Source: Natator depressus
Taxonomy: Eukaryota
Length of the DNA: 64,000 nt
Direction: 5' to 3'
NCBI RefSeq assembly: GCF_965152275.1
Contig: NC_134234.1
Location: forward strand, 39,458,920-39,522,919
The notes below the pieces were generated by a model, which was given only the letters and a program-made list of their open reading frames with translations, was not told where the DNA came from and did no database searches. The position numbers and the translations under genes are program-made. Position 1 is the stretch's first letter. Each line of letters begins with the position of its first letter. This document shows, piece after piece, positions 11,946 through 25,020 of the stretch.

Positions 11946-14297
11946 ACAGTGGAGTCGCATCTTACGCGGAGGTTAGGTTCTAAAGTCAGCACGTAAGGCG
12001 AAAATCACGTATAGTCAAAATTACCCTTAAAAATCCCTTAAATCTCCCATAAAGTACAGTATACTGTACATGGTTTTGTGTACACAATCCTTTACAGTAA
12101 TATGTATAAATGTATAATGTATACAGTAATGTACAGTATATAATAAAGAGTACATATGCAAAATATAATTTTACGGTACTGTATTTTTAATTACAGGGGG
12201 GTAATTACAGGGGGTTGTCAGGGCTTGATGTCGATCCAGGAGACAGAGATGATGGAGAGCTTGGGTGACTGAGAGCGAGTCGTAGACCAAGTGGTTGGCT
12301 CTGGTTCAGCTTGAGAAGTTGATTGCGTAGGCTCATCTGCTGCTGGTTGTTTTTCCTTGAAAAACATGGTGATCGGCAACTGTCGCTGTTGTCTCTTGAG
12401 CTGCTCAAACGTTTCTTGATGCGGTCTCAAATCATCCGTAATACTACATGTGATCCCTCGTTCCATAGAGGGATCGTATTCAGAAATCAAATCATTCAGG
12501 TGTTTCGCTGCTTGGAACACTTCAGCAAATGTATGACGATTCCAACTTGCTGGCTCTTCCTGTTCATCGTCATCATCTTAGTCTTCTGTAGACGATTTTA
12601 TCAGTTCCTCTAACTCTTCGTTAGTCAATGTTTCTCTATGGCTCTCAGTTAATTCTTCAATTTCTTCCTCAAGGATGTCAACGAAGCCATCACCACCCAC
12701 TTGCCTGGCCACCTGAACAATGCGTTTCACTTCTTTGTCAATGGTCGGGAAACGCTTAAAATCATTCACACATTCTTTCCATAGGTTTTGCCAACATGCA
12801 TTGACTGTTTCGGGCTTGATTATATCCATTGCCTGTTTAACATAAGTGATGCAATTGGCAATGTTGAAGGACTTCCAACACTCCATCACATTAAGATTAG
12901 GATCAGCATCCATAGCACTACGTATCCGTGAGATCGCAAGCCTCGTGTACGTGGCCTTGAAACAGCGAATCACGCCTTGGTCAAGAGGTTGGAGAATGGA
13001 GGTGGTATTGGGGGGGAGAAAGATGACATCAACGTCATTATGCGCAAACTGGAGTGCCACAGGGTGGCCAGGAGCATTGTCTATGATCAGCAACACTTTA
13101 AAGTCAAGTCCTTTCTCTTCGAGGTACCGCTTGACCTCCGGAATGAAACACTTGTGGAACCAATCCAGAAATAATGCTGCCGTCACCCAGCCTTTTTATT
13201 TGATTGCCAGAACACAGGCAGGAGATTTTTGTTCTTGCCTTTTAGGGCACGGGGATTTGCAGCCCTGTAGAGCAAGCCCGGCTTTATTAAATGCCCAGCC
13301 ACATTGCCACAAAACAACACAGTCACACGGTCTTTAGCTGCTTTGAAGCCAGGGTCTTGTCTTTCTGATTTCGAAATTTAAGTGTGGTTGGGCATTTTTT
13401 CTAGAAGAGCCCAGTCTGGTCAGCATTAAAAATTTGTTCCGGAAGATAGCCCTTTTCTTCTATGATTTTCTTTAATTGTTCAGGGTAGGCTTTTGCTGCC
13501 TCTTCGTTGGCAGATGCAGCTTCACCAGTAGTCTGAACTTTTTTGAGGTTGAAGCGGTTCCTAAAACTGTTAAGCCAACCTTGGCTGGCTTTGAATTCCT
13601 TCTCATCAGAAGGCTGTCCCTCTTCGGCGGGAAGTTTGAACAGCACGTAGAGGCTAAGAGCTTTTTCTCGCAACGTGTTGCCATCGATAAGCACACGTTT
13701 ACAGTTCATGCCTTCCAGCCATAAGTTTAATGCCTTTTCAGTCTTCACTAAAGTCTTATCACGCACCTGGCTTGTAACCTTAGCAGTTATTGGAGCACTT
13801 GATGCCGTGGCTTGATGAATTTCTCTCTCTCAAATCTTGATGGCACGGATGCTAGATTTGTTGCAGCCATATTTACATGCCACATTGGAGACCAACATAC
13901 CATCTCTTAATAAGTCCAACACAGCCAGTTTTTCCTCCAGCATTGGAACAGATCGCTGTTTCTTTGATTGAGCACCAGATGAAGTAGTTGGCTTGCGTTT
14001 AGGGGCCATGTTGTATGAAAAATACGTATCTTTAAACACTAGAATCACACTCAGGGCGGCGAGATGCTCACACCTCTGAGAGGCATGCAGGAACTGAGAC
14101 TGACTCAGGGAAGAGCAGATTCACGTCTCCCATCTCACACTCACTCCAGGGCATACGCTTATTGAGTGGAATGGTGGGCAGAATCGCCCGCACTATTTAC
14201 AGGTATCTTGTTATGTTTCCCTTTTTTTGCTGAGCACGTACAGTTGAATTCGCATAAGATAAGTGCGCGTATGATGCGACTCACCTATAATGCACTG
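11946..14297 (-). mobile_element. Tigger/pogo-like DNA transposon with TIRs (CENP-B-like transposase, degenerate)
   Basis: Left end cagtggagtcgcatcttacgcg and right end cgcgtatgatgcgactcacc...gcactg form terminal inverted repeats. Internal minus-strand ORFs are 13830-14048 and 13401-13766 (CENP-B/psq HTH N-terminus) and 12578-13186 (DDE_1 domain, LLIIDNAPGHP). The frame is broken between these ORFs. Confidence 0.75.
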
Positions 14298-15455
14298 CAA
14301 AGCTTCCTATATATTGATTGCTGGGATAAATTTTGTGTGACTTTCTTACACTGGCTTAAAAATGTTGTTTAAAAGCCTCACTGTGCCTGACCTGTAAGAA
14401 ATATGGAGAAATAGGTGGTCCCTGCCCCAAGGAATGTACAGTCTTACCAACAGTCTGTACTAGGCGAACAACCAATTATTGACAATGATCCTCTTATCTG
14501 TCTTAGGTACTTACATGGTCTCCATTACCAGAGTGCATCACTGTCTTTCATATATTTATCCTCACAACACCCCTATAATGCAGGGAAGTACAATCACCTG
14601 CATTTTACAAATTAAGAACGAAGTGTCTTGTAGAACAGGGACTTGAACCCAGATCTCCTAACCTAGTACCATAACCACTAGACCATCTATCCTTCCATAG
14701 GATCATCCTTTCCCCCAATTTTTCTCAACTGGCATTGAAAATGGCTCAGCTGCTAGTGTGAATGAGACAAAACTGTTTTCAGTACAGTTACAGAAAGTAC
14801 TATTGACACTTGTGTTCCCTGTAAGCTGTGCGCTTGAATGGCGGCACAGGAGAGATTTAAGTGCCACCCAGCTGATTAGGAGAGTGCGCACTGCCGGCAG
14901 CATGTGTTCAGGTGCCCCTCCCCCCACATTGCTCTATCCTGCAGCTGCTCCCAGGACCCTCCTGCTGGCTGTGCAGAGTGTCGGGGGGAGGGTGCTGATG
15001 TCAGGGTGTCCCCCTTTACCCCGCCCCTGTACCCCATCTCCACAGAGCAGGGGACACAGCTTGGCTCAGGACTCAGAGTTGCTGCCAGGAAGGGTGAGTG
15101 ACTGAGTGCCTTTCTTAAAGAGACAGTGCACTGTTTCTGAGATTTCCCATCCAGCAGCCAGCTCACACAGTCTCTCTCTGACCCCCCCCACACACACACA
15201 CTCGCGCTCTCTCTCTCTCTCTCACCCCCCCCCACCCATGTACCCCATCTCTGCAGAGTGGGGGAGGGAAGACAACAGAGGTCAGGACAGAGCAGGAGAG
15301 CTTTCAGTGAGTTTCTTAAAGAGACAGCGCAGGACGTCTGTCAGAAACTTTCCCAGCAGCCAGCACACACACTGTCTCTGTGTCGAACACACACACTGTT
15401 TCTCTCTCACACAGATGTGCAGGTGAACAAGCCTCTGAAAGTGTGGCTGATGTAA

Positions 15456-15770
15456 TGTGATTAGGTCCTATGATGGTGTCTCTTGAATAGATATGTGGAC
15501 AGAGTTAGCAACAGGCTTTTTTGCAAGGATAGGTTCCTGGGTTAGTGTTTTTGTTGTGTGGTGTATGGTTGCTGGTGAGTATATGCTTCAGGTTGGGGGG
15601 CTGTCTGTAAGCAAGGACTGGCCTGTCTCCCAAAATCTGTAAGAGTGAGGGATCGTCCTTCAGGATAGGATGTAGATCCTTGATGATGCGCTGGAGAGGT
15701 TTTAGTTGGGGGCTGAAGGTGACGGCTAGTGGTGTTTTGTTACTTTCTTTGTTGGGCCTGTCCTGTCATA
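15456..15770 (-). mobile_element. Penelope-like element (PLE) fragment, inverted 5' segment
   Basis: The minus strand encodes ...TPLAVTFSPQLKPLQRIIKDLHPILKDDPSLLQILGDRPVLAYRQPPNLKHILTSNHTPHNKNTNPGTYPCKKACC*LCPHIYSRDTIIGPNHI. This is the PLE RT C-terminus and the Zn linker that precedes the GIY-YIG domain. Confidence 0.65.
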
Positions 15771-15771
15771 G

Positions 15772-16420
15772 GTGACTTCTACCAATGTGATATATGCCCC
15801 TCTGCCATATACATTGGCCAAACCGGACAGTCTACGCAAAAGAATAAATGGACACAAATCAGATGTTAAGAATTATAACATTCAAAAACCAGTCGGAGAA
15901 CACTTCAACCTCCCTGGACACTCAATTACAGACCTAAAAGTCTCAATTATTCAACAAAAAAACTTCGAAAACAGACTCCAACGAGAAACTGCAGAACTGG
16001 AATTAATTTGCAAACTGGACACCATTAAATTAGGCTTGAATAAAGACTGGGAGTAGATGAGTCATTACACAAACTAAAAACTATTTCCCCATGCTAATTT
16101 TCCCCCTACTGTTACTCACACCTTCTTCTCAACTGTTTGAAATGGACCATCCTGATTATCACTACAAAAGTGTTTTTTTTCTCCTGCTGATAATAGCCCA
16201 CCTTAATCGATTAGTCTCGTTAGAGTTGGTATGGCAATCCCATTTTTTCATGTTCTCTGCATATCTATCTATCTATCTATCTATCTTCTGACTGTATTTT
16301 CCACTGCATGCATCTGATGAAGTGGGCTTTAGCCCATGAAAGCTTATGCGCAAATAAATTTGTTAGTCTCTAAGGTACCACAAGTACTCCTCGTTCTTTT
16401 TGCTGACACAGACTAATGTG
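15772..16420 (+). mobile_element. PLE fragment: GIY-YIG endonuclease region and 3' tail
   Basis: The plus strand encodes CDICPSAIYIGQTGQS (GIY-YIG core), then a frameshift, then LRKRINGHKSDVKNYNIQKPVGEHFNLPGHSITDLKVSII...LGLNKDWE. The characteristic PLE 3' tail follows: ...catctgatgaagtgggctttagcccatgaaagcttatgcgcaaataaatttgttagtctctaaggtaccacaagtactcc... Confidence 0.7.
16263..16286. repeat. (ATCT)n microsatellite
   Basis: atctatctatctatctatctatct. Confidence 0.95.
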
Positions 16421-17052
16421 GCTACCACTCTGAAACATATATTCTCTGTAATTTTATTCTTTCAAAGTGTGTTATTTTAGTGTTTTGACTGGTCTATGCA
16501 TTTCATAATTTTTATTTCTCTTACACTTAAATTGAATTCTTTGAGTAGTGAGTTCTATAATGCCTATAATGTTCTGTCCTGGCTGGAGTAATTATCCCTA
16601 TTTAACTTTTTTAAAATATATATTATATCTAGGTTTTTTGTTTCTACTGGTGGCATACATCCGCACATACCTTGGTGCACATAACAAAATTTATTCTGCA
16701 CATGGATGGAAAAAATTAGAGGGAACATTTGATTGACACACTTTTTGTTAGCCACCAACCTTTATCATACAAGTTGTAGAGGGAATCAAACTTTAATAGA
16801 AACCATCCTCTCAACAAAATGTCGTATGTGATGTTCCTGTCATTGTGCTTAAATACATTTAGGATTCCTTTTTTGTGGGTCTTCTGTATAGATTCTTTTG
16901 TGTACCAGGGAACATGTTTTTAAAGATATGCATCTGATTACTCACAACTCCAATTCTGTTTGCATTTCTGAAAACGGAGCATCACTGAAGAAGTACTGAC
17001 AGCACGGAATGATAGGGAAAAATGAGAGGAATACATTTCTTATTTCTTTCAG

Positions 17053-17133
17053 GCAACCTTAAATGCACTAATAAATGACCAAGAATTGCAAGCAATGGTA
17101 TCAACCACTGAATTACAGAAGACAACAGGAACA
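17053..17133 (+). CDS. PARP4: Coding exon
   Basis: Acceptor tatttctttcag|GCAACC and donor GGAACA|gtgagt. Frame ATLNALINDQELQAMVSTTELQKTTGT. 81 nt. Confidence 0.65.
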
Positions 17134-17357
17134 GTGAGTTAGGCCAATGTTATTTATACATACCATATGTTAGGGGGCTTATTCCTTCACCCACTTACTT
17201 CCCTGGTCCTTCTCGCATGAACAGAGAGCAAAAATACCCGAAGTCCAAAGGTGCAAACAATTCGATGTTTATTGGGGTAAACTTCCAGCAAGCATGATTC
17301 CAGTTTCCTTTCTTAGTGTCCCCCTTTCCAGCTCTGACACCACAGAGCCTTACCTGT

Positions 17358-17470
17358 GTCCCTGTTCCCATTCCCTCCCTTAGCAAAACATGATTCCAAT
17401 TCCCCACCCCCATTCCGTTCCCATTCCCTCCCTTAGCAAAACATGATTCCAATTCCCCATCCCCATTCTC
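17358..17470. repeat. Two-copy tandem repeat, unit about 55 bp
   Basis: cccattccctcccttagcaaaacatgattccaattcccca(c/t)ccccattc appears twice head to tail. Confidence 0.8.
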
Positions 17471-18526
17471 TGTTCCCTTCCCCCCACCCACCCTACTCAC
17501 TTCCTGATTGACTGCAGACTATATAGTAAAACTTGAGTTCTGCTTAGCTATACCTTAACCAATCATTTTACTGAAATTTAACTAACCAATCCTAACATAC
17601 TGTAACATGATTATTTAACCAATTATATCCCACCACCTTAATTAGTTTACACCCAGCAAAATTAATTATACAGCAGACAGAAACAATCACAGAACCAGAC
17701 AGAGATTATACAGACAACAATAGGGAAATGGGGACTACAGTGATAGAACAAACACAGAAATGAGGATTTCACATCCCAGCTATTGATAAGTGAGTTCTTG
17801 CCAGACAGGATGCTATCAAACTAAGTTTCCTTTTACATCTTTTAGGCACTTCCCTTTCTGTGGAGGCAGTAGGCATTATCAGGACAGGATTGTATTCCTA
17901 ACAGCCCAATAGCACCTTATTTCAATGTGACTAGTTCGGAATGTGAGGATGTGACCGTTCACTTCCCAGCTTATGGCTGCCTCTGCTGCTTAGCCAAAGG
18001 CCTTAGCCTAAGAACAGGGCCTCAGACTGTCACAGTAAGAGAAAGCTCTTACACTGGCAGACAGTGATTCTGATTCTTTCTTTTATACCTCTATAACTAG
18101 CTAAGTGATAAGAATACACCTAAATTCTTAGAGTATAGGCCTTTACAGACAGGCCTGAATATCTATATCCTAACACCATATACATGTTGTTTTAAAATAG
18201 CACATACCCTTGTTTTCAGCATTTTTGCTGTTTTAATAAAGAACCTCAGCCTCATTTGAAGGAAGCTTTTAAAAAGGCAGCTGACCTATGTGGGATAAGT
18301 GAGCACATTTCCGACATGCTTGATGGCCCAGACTGATTTGTAAAATATAAACTTACCTGGGTGGAAGGTGGTTCTTCTCATTTTAGGAATTTGTTGGGGC
18401 TACCTCTGTAGTTTCTGACGTTGAGGTGATGTTAGCTGACCTCTGCTGGGGATGATGCAGCAGCGTTCTCTTTCAATACTTAAGCCATTGCTTTTTGGAA
18501 AAATTCTAAAAGAACTGAGGCCTGGT

Positions 18527-19113
18527 CTACACTACATAGTGAGGTCGACGTAAGGCCGCTAGTTATGACCTAATTATATCAGTGTACACACTAAAGCCTT
18601 GTCCCGCCGATGTAAGTGCCCAACTACATCGACATACTAACTCCACATCCACAAGAGGCATAGGGCTTATGTCAGTATAGTTAGGGCAATGCAGCATCTG
18701 TGTAGACACCTCATTACTTACACTGGCTGTTGGCCATTTCAGGGCTCCATGCTGGATCCATGAAATTGATGAAAAAACTCAGGGAGGTGAGAAGCCCGGG
18801 TGGCTCACTCCCGCTCCCAGTGGGGAGGCGAGAAGCTGAGAATCCGGTGGGCAGCTGGCCTCAGCTCCCAGTTGGGAGGCAAGAAGCCAAGCTGGCTCCT
18901 GGCGGGGAGCTGCACCTGGCTCTCAGTCCTGGCTCTCGGTCCCCAACACTATCCCTCTTCAGTCTCTGGAAGTGTTCCTGGTGAGGATGTGCACCATTGA
19001 CAGGAGAGTAGTGTGGACATCAGTGACTGCAGTAATTGCTGAGGTGGCTGTAAGTCAACCTAACAGGTCAACTTAAGTCTGTAGTGTAGACTGTAGTGTA
19101 GATTCCCTGAGAG
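18527..19113. mobile_element. Non-autonomous Harbinger-type MITE
   Basis: Ends ggtctacactacatag ... ctgtagtgtagactgtagtgtagat. This is the same GGTCTACACTAC terminal repeat as Harbinger copy 1. The interior is GC-rich and non-coding. Confidence 0.5.
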
Positions 19114-20417
19114 AGGAGGAATCGTAAAAGGCAGCACTATCCAGTGTGACCAAAGGTTGTGACTGTTTCAGTTAATATTGAAAAAACTGCAAATCCACTC
19201 CCTATGGGAAAGCACGGCAGCAGTCCTAAATAACTTCCTAAACTGAAAAGAGGAAAATGGCTAAAAGAGGCATTTATTTACTTTTCAGAGCTTGTCTACT
19301 CCTGGAAATTCACCTAAATAACTATTCCAGAATAATTATTTATTAATAATTATTTTGAAATCGTTACTTTGGTGTAAATTCATGTGTGAGCATTTTTATT
19401 TATTAATGAGTGCATCTTTGCTGTTTATCTTAATCCACATTGGAAGCTATTTCAGTAAATTTCCAAGCTCTCATACAGACAAACTGGGTTGGTGCGAATG
19501 GGGAAGGTACTCACCTAATGAGTCAGGTACTCTTTAAACTACTGTCCTGAGAGGTTCAAATGCTCATCTGGGCTTCAGATAAGTATTCCTCTTCATGGGT
19601 CAAGTTTTTAGTTTGTACCTCCACAAATCACACTCCTTCTTTTGACCCCACAACTAATCAAAGGTGCAGAAAGGACAAATGCAATTTTGACAGGTGCAAA
19701 TTGTGATTGCAAAAAGAGAAGCTGCCTTATGAAAATCTGGGCCAAATTTCGAAGATGAGTGTTATTTTTCTATGCCTCAGATAGAATCTGAGAATTCCCA
19801 CCATTTTTTCCTTTCCCCCGTATCCAGAAAGATCCCTTTGTTTTGGCTACCAACATCTGGCCAAAAAGGACTCACCAGGGGTTCCCTTCTGAGTCAGTCA
19901 ATGTTTTTTTTAAAAATGGACCTGTGGAGATGATTGGATGACACATTGCTCCATGTCCTTACTGGGCTGGGTTTAACAGTCCTCAGTACTCCCACTCCTT
20001 GTTGGCTTTAACATTTTACAGATGTACAGATTATTTTCCTCCTCTTGGCTAGAGTGGTGCAGTTGAAACAGAAATTACATCACCAGTTTGCACAGTTCAC
20101 TGTCCCCCAGAGCAGGAATTTAGTTGATGGTATAAAGGTATGATGACTTTTAAAAGTTAGAAAAATGCGCACTAATCATAAAAATACAAAATTATTTCAA
20201 ACAAGGTGTGGGATGTAATGCTCCTCTATGGAAAATACTGCCTTGAAACTTTTAACATTCAATAAAATGTAACTTCAGATGCCAGTTATCCTGAAACTGA
20301 ATCCTCATTGATCAGAAGACTTCAAAAATCAGAAAACCTTATACATAAAATGGAGATTTTTAAATACAAGGTTTTAAATTGGTGATCATTTGAACTTGTC
20401 TCTTTTCCTTAATGTAG

Positions 20418-20498
20418 CTTCTCCACAAACTCACAGCAAGAGCCCTCATTAGGGATTATGAAGATGGGATACTTCATGAAAATGAAACAGAACATGAG
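20418..20498 (+). CDS. PARP4: Coding exon
   Basis: Acceptor ttttccttaatgtag|CTTCTC and donor CATGAG|gtttgt. Frame LLHKLTARALIRDYEDGILHENETEHE. 81 nt. Confidence 0.65.
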
Positions 20499-22450
20499 GT
20501 TTGTCATTCTAAAGATAAGAATATGAACTAGGAACCACTATTTTATCTCAGTTTATGCTTAAAACAAGAACTGTTAAAGGGGTTCAGTGAAATGGGGATA
20601 GGAAGAGGAGAGGTGGAGAGAATGTTTGACTTGGGAATGGAAATTGGAAGGTTGCAGTATGAATTCCATAGATTTTAAGGCTGAAATGGACCATTATGAT
20701 CATCTAGTCTGATGTCCTGGATAACACAAGCCAAAAGAACATGCCCAGTAACTTCTGCATCAAGCCCAGAACTTCTGTTTGAGCTATAGAATATCTTTTA
20801 GAAAGAGAGATAGTCTTGATTGAAAACCTTCAGGTGATGGTGAACCCATCACATCCCCAGATAAGTTCCACTTAGTTTCTGTTCAAGAATTGTCTGCTGT
20901 CGGAAATCTTTACCTCATGTAGGTACTTGTAGACTGTGATCAAGTCACTTCTTAACCTTCTGTTGGATAAACCAAATAAATTGAACTTCTTAAGTCTCTC
21001 ACTAGAAGGCATGTTTTCCACATCTCAAATCATTCTTGTAGCTCTTTTCTGAACATCCTATTTTTCAACATTCAGTTTCAGATATGTTTATAGACATGAG
21101 GGCATAATCCTGTAAACCTTTACTTGCTTGTATGTGTGAGGACCTGATTGTGCAAACTTTATTCACCTGAGTAGTCCCACTAGAAGTCAGAGTTTTAGAA
21201 GCCAGTAGGACCCTCATGTGAGAAAAGTTTGCAGGAGTGGGTCCCAAGCTTTGGGGTCAGATTGGGGGGAAATATAGTAGTGGTACTTTTCACAGCTCTG
21301 CCTACAAAATAAGCTCTATCCATGTGAGTTGGGTGTAATGCTGCATCACAGTAAATCATGCAGATGTTTAAAATATGATGGTGCATGTTTTCAGAGCTCT
21401 ACTATTTCCTTGAGCTTGTCTCCCCCTCACTGGGACTTGATTATGCCCATGTGCTCTTCTAGGCAAATTGGGGTTGATTGGGGGGAATAAATAAGTGATG
21501 GTACCTTCCAAATGCCATCCTCTTGAGGCACCAAAGTGAGACAGTTAATTCACAGATAGTAAATTTTGCAAATCTGTGACACCCCCATACTGGTTTCTTA
21601 CAAATAGTTAACATTGTTGACATTTAAATGATCGTTATTGGGCATTTGAGGTAACACCTCACTAAAATGAGTGGGCGGGGGGGTCAGTCACACATTTCAG
21701 AGCTACTGGTCCATGCTCTGCATACCAACAGAAATCTCCGCACCACTTACACTCAGTTCACATTTTTGAGATTTTCTTCACAGCCATGACAGCTAGAGGC
21801 TTACTTTATTTTCATTAAATGAAAGCTGAGATTCTGGAGAACATGATTGTTTGTTTGTTTTCAGAGAGGTCTCAGTATATCGTATGTCTGTGTACAGGAT
21901 GTTTCTGAGTCCTGAACAGGCTTGAGCATTGCCATTCCTGACTTGACACAAATTGTGTCCGATAGGTGCAAGGTGTTTTGCTTTAGTTGTGCAGCTGACA
22001 TGCTGCCCTTTAGGTTTCAGTAATGACTGTCATTGATCCAGAATCTGATAAGGAGTCATATGCTTGCACTGGAAGGAGCTGGAAGCCCAATGGAGCCCTG
22101 ATTGACTTGTGACAAGACCATTTCAGTGCAGTTTCTCTGTAAGAATTACCAATTCCAGTTTCCTCTCCCCCAGCACAAGTGGATAAATCTGCAAGTAGCT
22201 GAGAGGGTTAGGATTAGCCCCTCTCCCTTCAGAACGCTTCTAAACAGGAAGCAGGAAATTGGGTACACAAACATAACCACATTTGCACTGCTTAGAAATA
22301 GCTGCAAGATGAGCTAGCTTACTTATATCCATAGTGCATAAGAACATATTATGTATATTCAGTTTTGACATTGACACTTATTCTAGTGAATATTGTTTTC
22401 ACCTGTATGTTTTGTTTTTAAACATATTTTGTCATTATATAACAACCTAG

Positions 22451-22546
22451 ATGAAGAAACATACTTTGAAAGTCCTGATTATTAACCTCAGCATGGAGAA
22501 CTCCATCATAACCCAGTTTACAAGCTTTGTGGCAGTAGAAAAAAGG
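22451..22546 (+). CDS. PARP4: Coding exon carrying the VIT/vWA-family motif SFVAVEKR
   Basis: Acceptor aacaacctag|ATGAAG and donor AAAAGG|gtatgt. Frame MKKHTLKVLIINLSMENSIITQFTSFVAVEKR. Confidence 0.7.
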
Positions 22547-24070
22547 GTATGTGTTTCCATTAAAATATCTCATTACTGTCTATATGTCTCTAAAAATTCT
22601 TTAGAAAATAACTGAAAAGAAAAACAATTACTGTAATCTTGTAAGAATTAAAGCACATATTGCTTAATATTATCACAGTGAACAATTTTAGTTCTTTTAC
22701 AGAAGAACTAAAATTATTTTTGCAAAAGCTTGTGTTCTTTGATGCTTTTTGAATTATATGTTACTTTCCTTATGAAGCTTCTTTTATATCATACGTTGTT
22801 GGAGTACCTAGGCATCCAAACAAAGTCTGTTTCTATCCCATCCACTACCCAGACTGGATGTTTGCAAGTGAACCAACAGAGAGGCATAATCTCTGTGTTT
22901 ATTTTGGAGATACTTGCTTTTTTAATGATTTAGAAACTGCAATTTTCTTTTTGTATCTGTGTATGCATGTGGCAGAGTTCAGAACTGTGCAAGTGTTCTG
23001 ACTTTGGGACTATATCTGTAGGCACAACTCCTATAAAGGCACCATCTCTGGTCCAGAAAGAACTTTTTAATCTAGAAGAACAATACTTTTACCCTGTAGT
23101 GCTGCAACTGTAATTGAAAGAAACTGTTTGGATTGCAGGCAGCAAGTACTGTGTCTTCCCATATGTCTGTACAGCATCTAGCACGTTAGGAACTATTATA
23201 GTATAAGTAATACTAATAGTTATTAATTATTATTTATTTAGGATTATAAGTATACTAAAGGAAAATAATCAATTCCCTATTACGGTATAATTATCTGAAT
23301 GTCATGGAGGGCATTGAGTAAGTTGGGATAACTTAAGGAACAGGAGACGTCCATATTTTGGACCATTACATTGTACTGCATTTAAAACTAAAAATAGGCT
23401 GGCACAGATTTTGTTCATAGAAATAAATATTGTTTTGTTTGTGCCTTTTAAGAATATAACTTATACATTTGACAGATGTCATCGCATGTATAATATCCCA
23501 GCAATCCTATGTAATAGTTATTGGTGGAATTATTGTCCCTTTCTTGTAAATAGGGCTCCTTAATCAGCCAAAGATTTACTGTTAAGCTCTGTGTGGCACC
23601 CCTCCACACTTGGCCACTACCTCCCTAGCAAAAATCTAGTCAGAGCTTTCACTCTTCTGGCAGTTCTTGCTCTGATTTTCAGACAATGTAATCATCTGTT
23701 TTGTTACCTCCTGGTAATGATCTTTATATAATACAAATTTTATAAATAAAGTGCCATTCTACTCAGGCTCTCTGATTACTGTGAAATATCATAAACAACA
23801 GTTAAACGTAAACAGTATAAACTTGGCAGTATAAAAATCAGATAACCTGCTAAAAAGCATACTGGTTCCAATACATTGGAAAACATCTTTATCATATACA
23901 TGTATAATAAATCAGGTCATGTGTCTTGTACATATATCAGAAAAAAGGAAATTTAAACATCATCTTTGTATATTAGGATTCTGTACATTCATCTACCATA
24001 TTCCAGACCTCTGCATTATACTCACAGAAGAAATACTCTTTTCTTTTCGTAATCTACAATATGTTGGTGT

Positions 24071-25020
24071 GTTTGGTTGCTCTTAACCATTGACTTATAT
24101 ACGGGAGTTGTGATGGGGAAGTGACACATGAGTAACAGCTGACATCCAAAATTAAAAACTGTCTGATTGATCTGCCCGCTGAAAGCAAGTGAGAGGGTAA
24201 TTTCTGAACTGAAGTTACATAAGATACAGAAGAGGTTTCTCAAAATACTTGGAGGTGCACTGCCAGTGTTGTGTGCCAGTCCATTTACTACCAATAGTGT
24301 GTTATGATACGACAACCCTTAATGCAGTCAGGCATTATAAAGTTACATTTACTCCGTGTTTGTGTATACTGAGCATCTTTTGTATACTGAATGCACCTCC
24401 TCTCTATATTTCCTCGCAAGTTTCACCCAGCATTTGACTCTCAACCTTACATTGTCTGATAGAGAAGGAATCTCTGGCATAACAAGCATCACTTTTAAGG
24501 ATTATAATAAAATTAAAGACAGTTCTCTAGTTTGTAATTCTGTTGCGTTTTAATTTAGGATGTTAATGAAGTTCAGCATGCTGGTCTTCCAAACATTCTT
24601 GAACTTATAGCTGAGGAAGATATAGACTTTTTACCCTACATGGACTGGGAACATGAGACATCTGGACATGGATACCTGTCTTCTAATAGAGGAGTGGGAT
24701 TTGGCAGATGTGAATCGGTAAATATGCTTTATGTGTTCTTGTTTTTAACATTTTTTGTGTATTACCCAGTTGTGGTAGTAGATGGTTTATAAGGTAGCAG
24801 TTGGTAGTTGTTTATAAAGTCTGCACCATTTCTTATTATTCTGGATGCAATTAATTTCATAAATGTTTGTGTGAAGTGCAAAAAATCAGAGTACTCTCTC
24901 CCAAAGAAAGGCAAGGTACATAAAAGGTGGTGTGGCATCAGGCCCCATTGCAGCAGAGATCTTTGAGAGAGAAGAGGATTCTAGTGGCCCTTTACTCTCT
25001 TCCAGGATAAATTCTTCCCT
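24071..25020 (+). repeat. Segmental tandem duplication, unit 1 (intron plus exon 24560-24718)
   Basis: Nearly identical to 26884-27822 from gtttggttgctcttaaccattgac through ...ccaggataaattcttccct. Spacing is about 2.8 kb. Confidence 0.85.
24560..24718 (+). CDS. PARP4: Coding exon, copy 1 of a tandemly duplicated exon
   Basis: Acceptor ttttaatttag|GATGTT and donor GAATCG|gtaaat. Frame DVNEVQHAGLPNILELIAEEDIDFLPYMDWEHETSGHGYLSSNRGVGFGRCES. 159 nt, phase 0 to 0. Confidence 0.65.
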
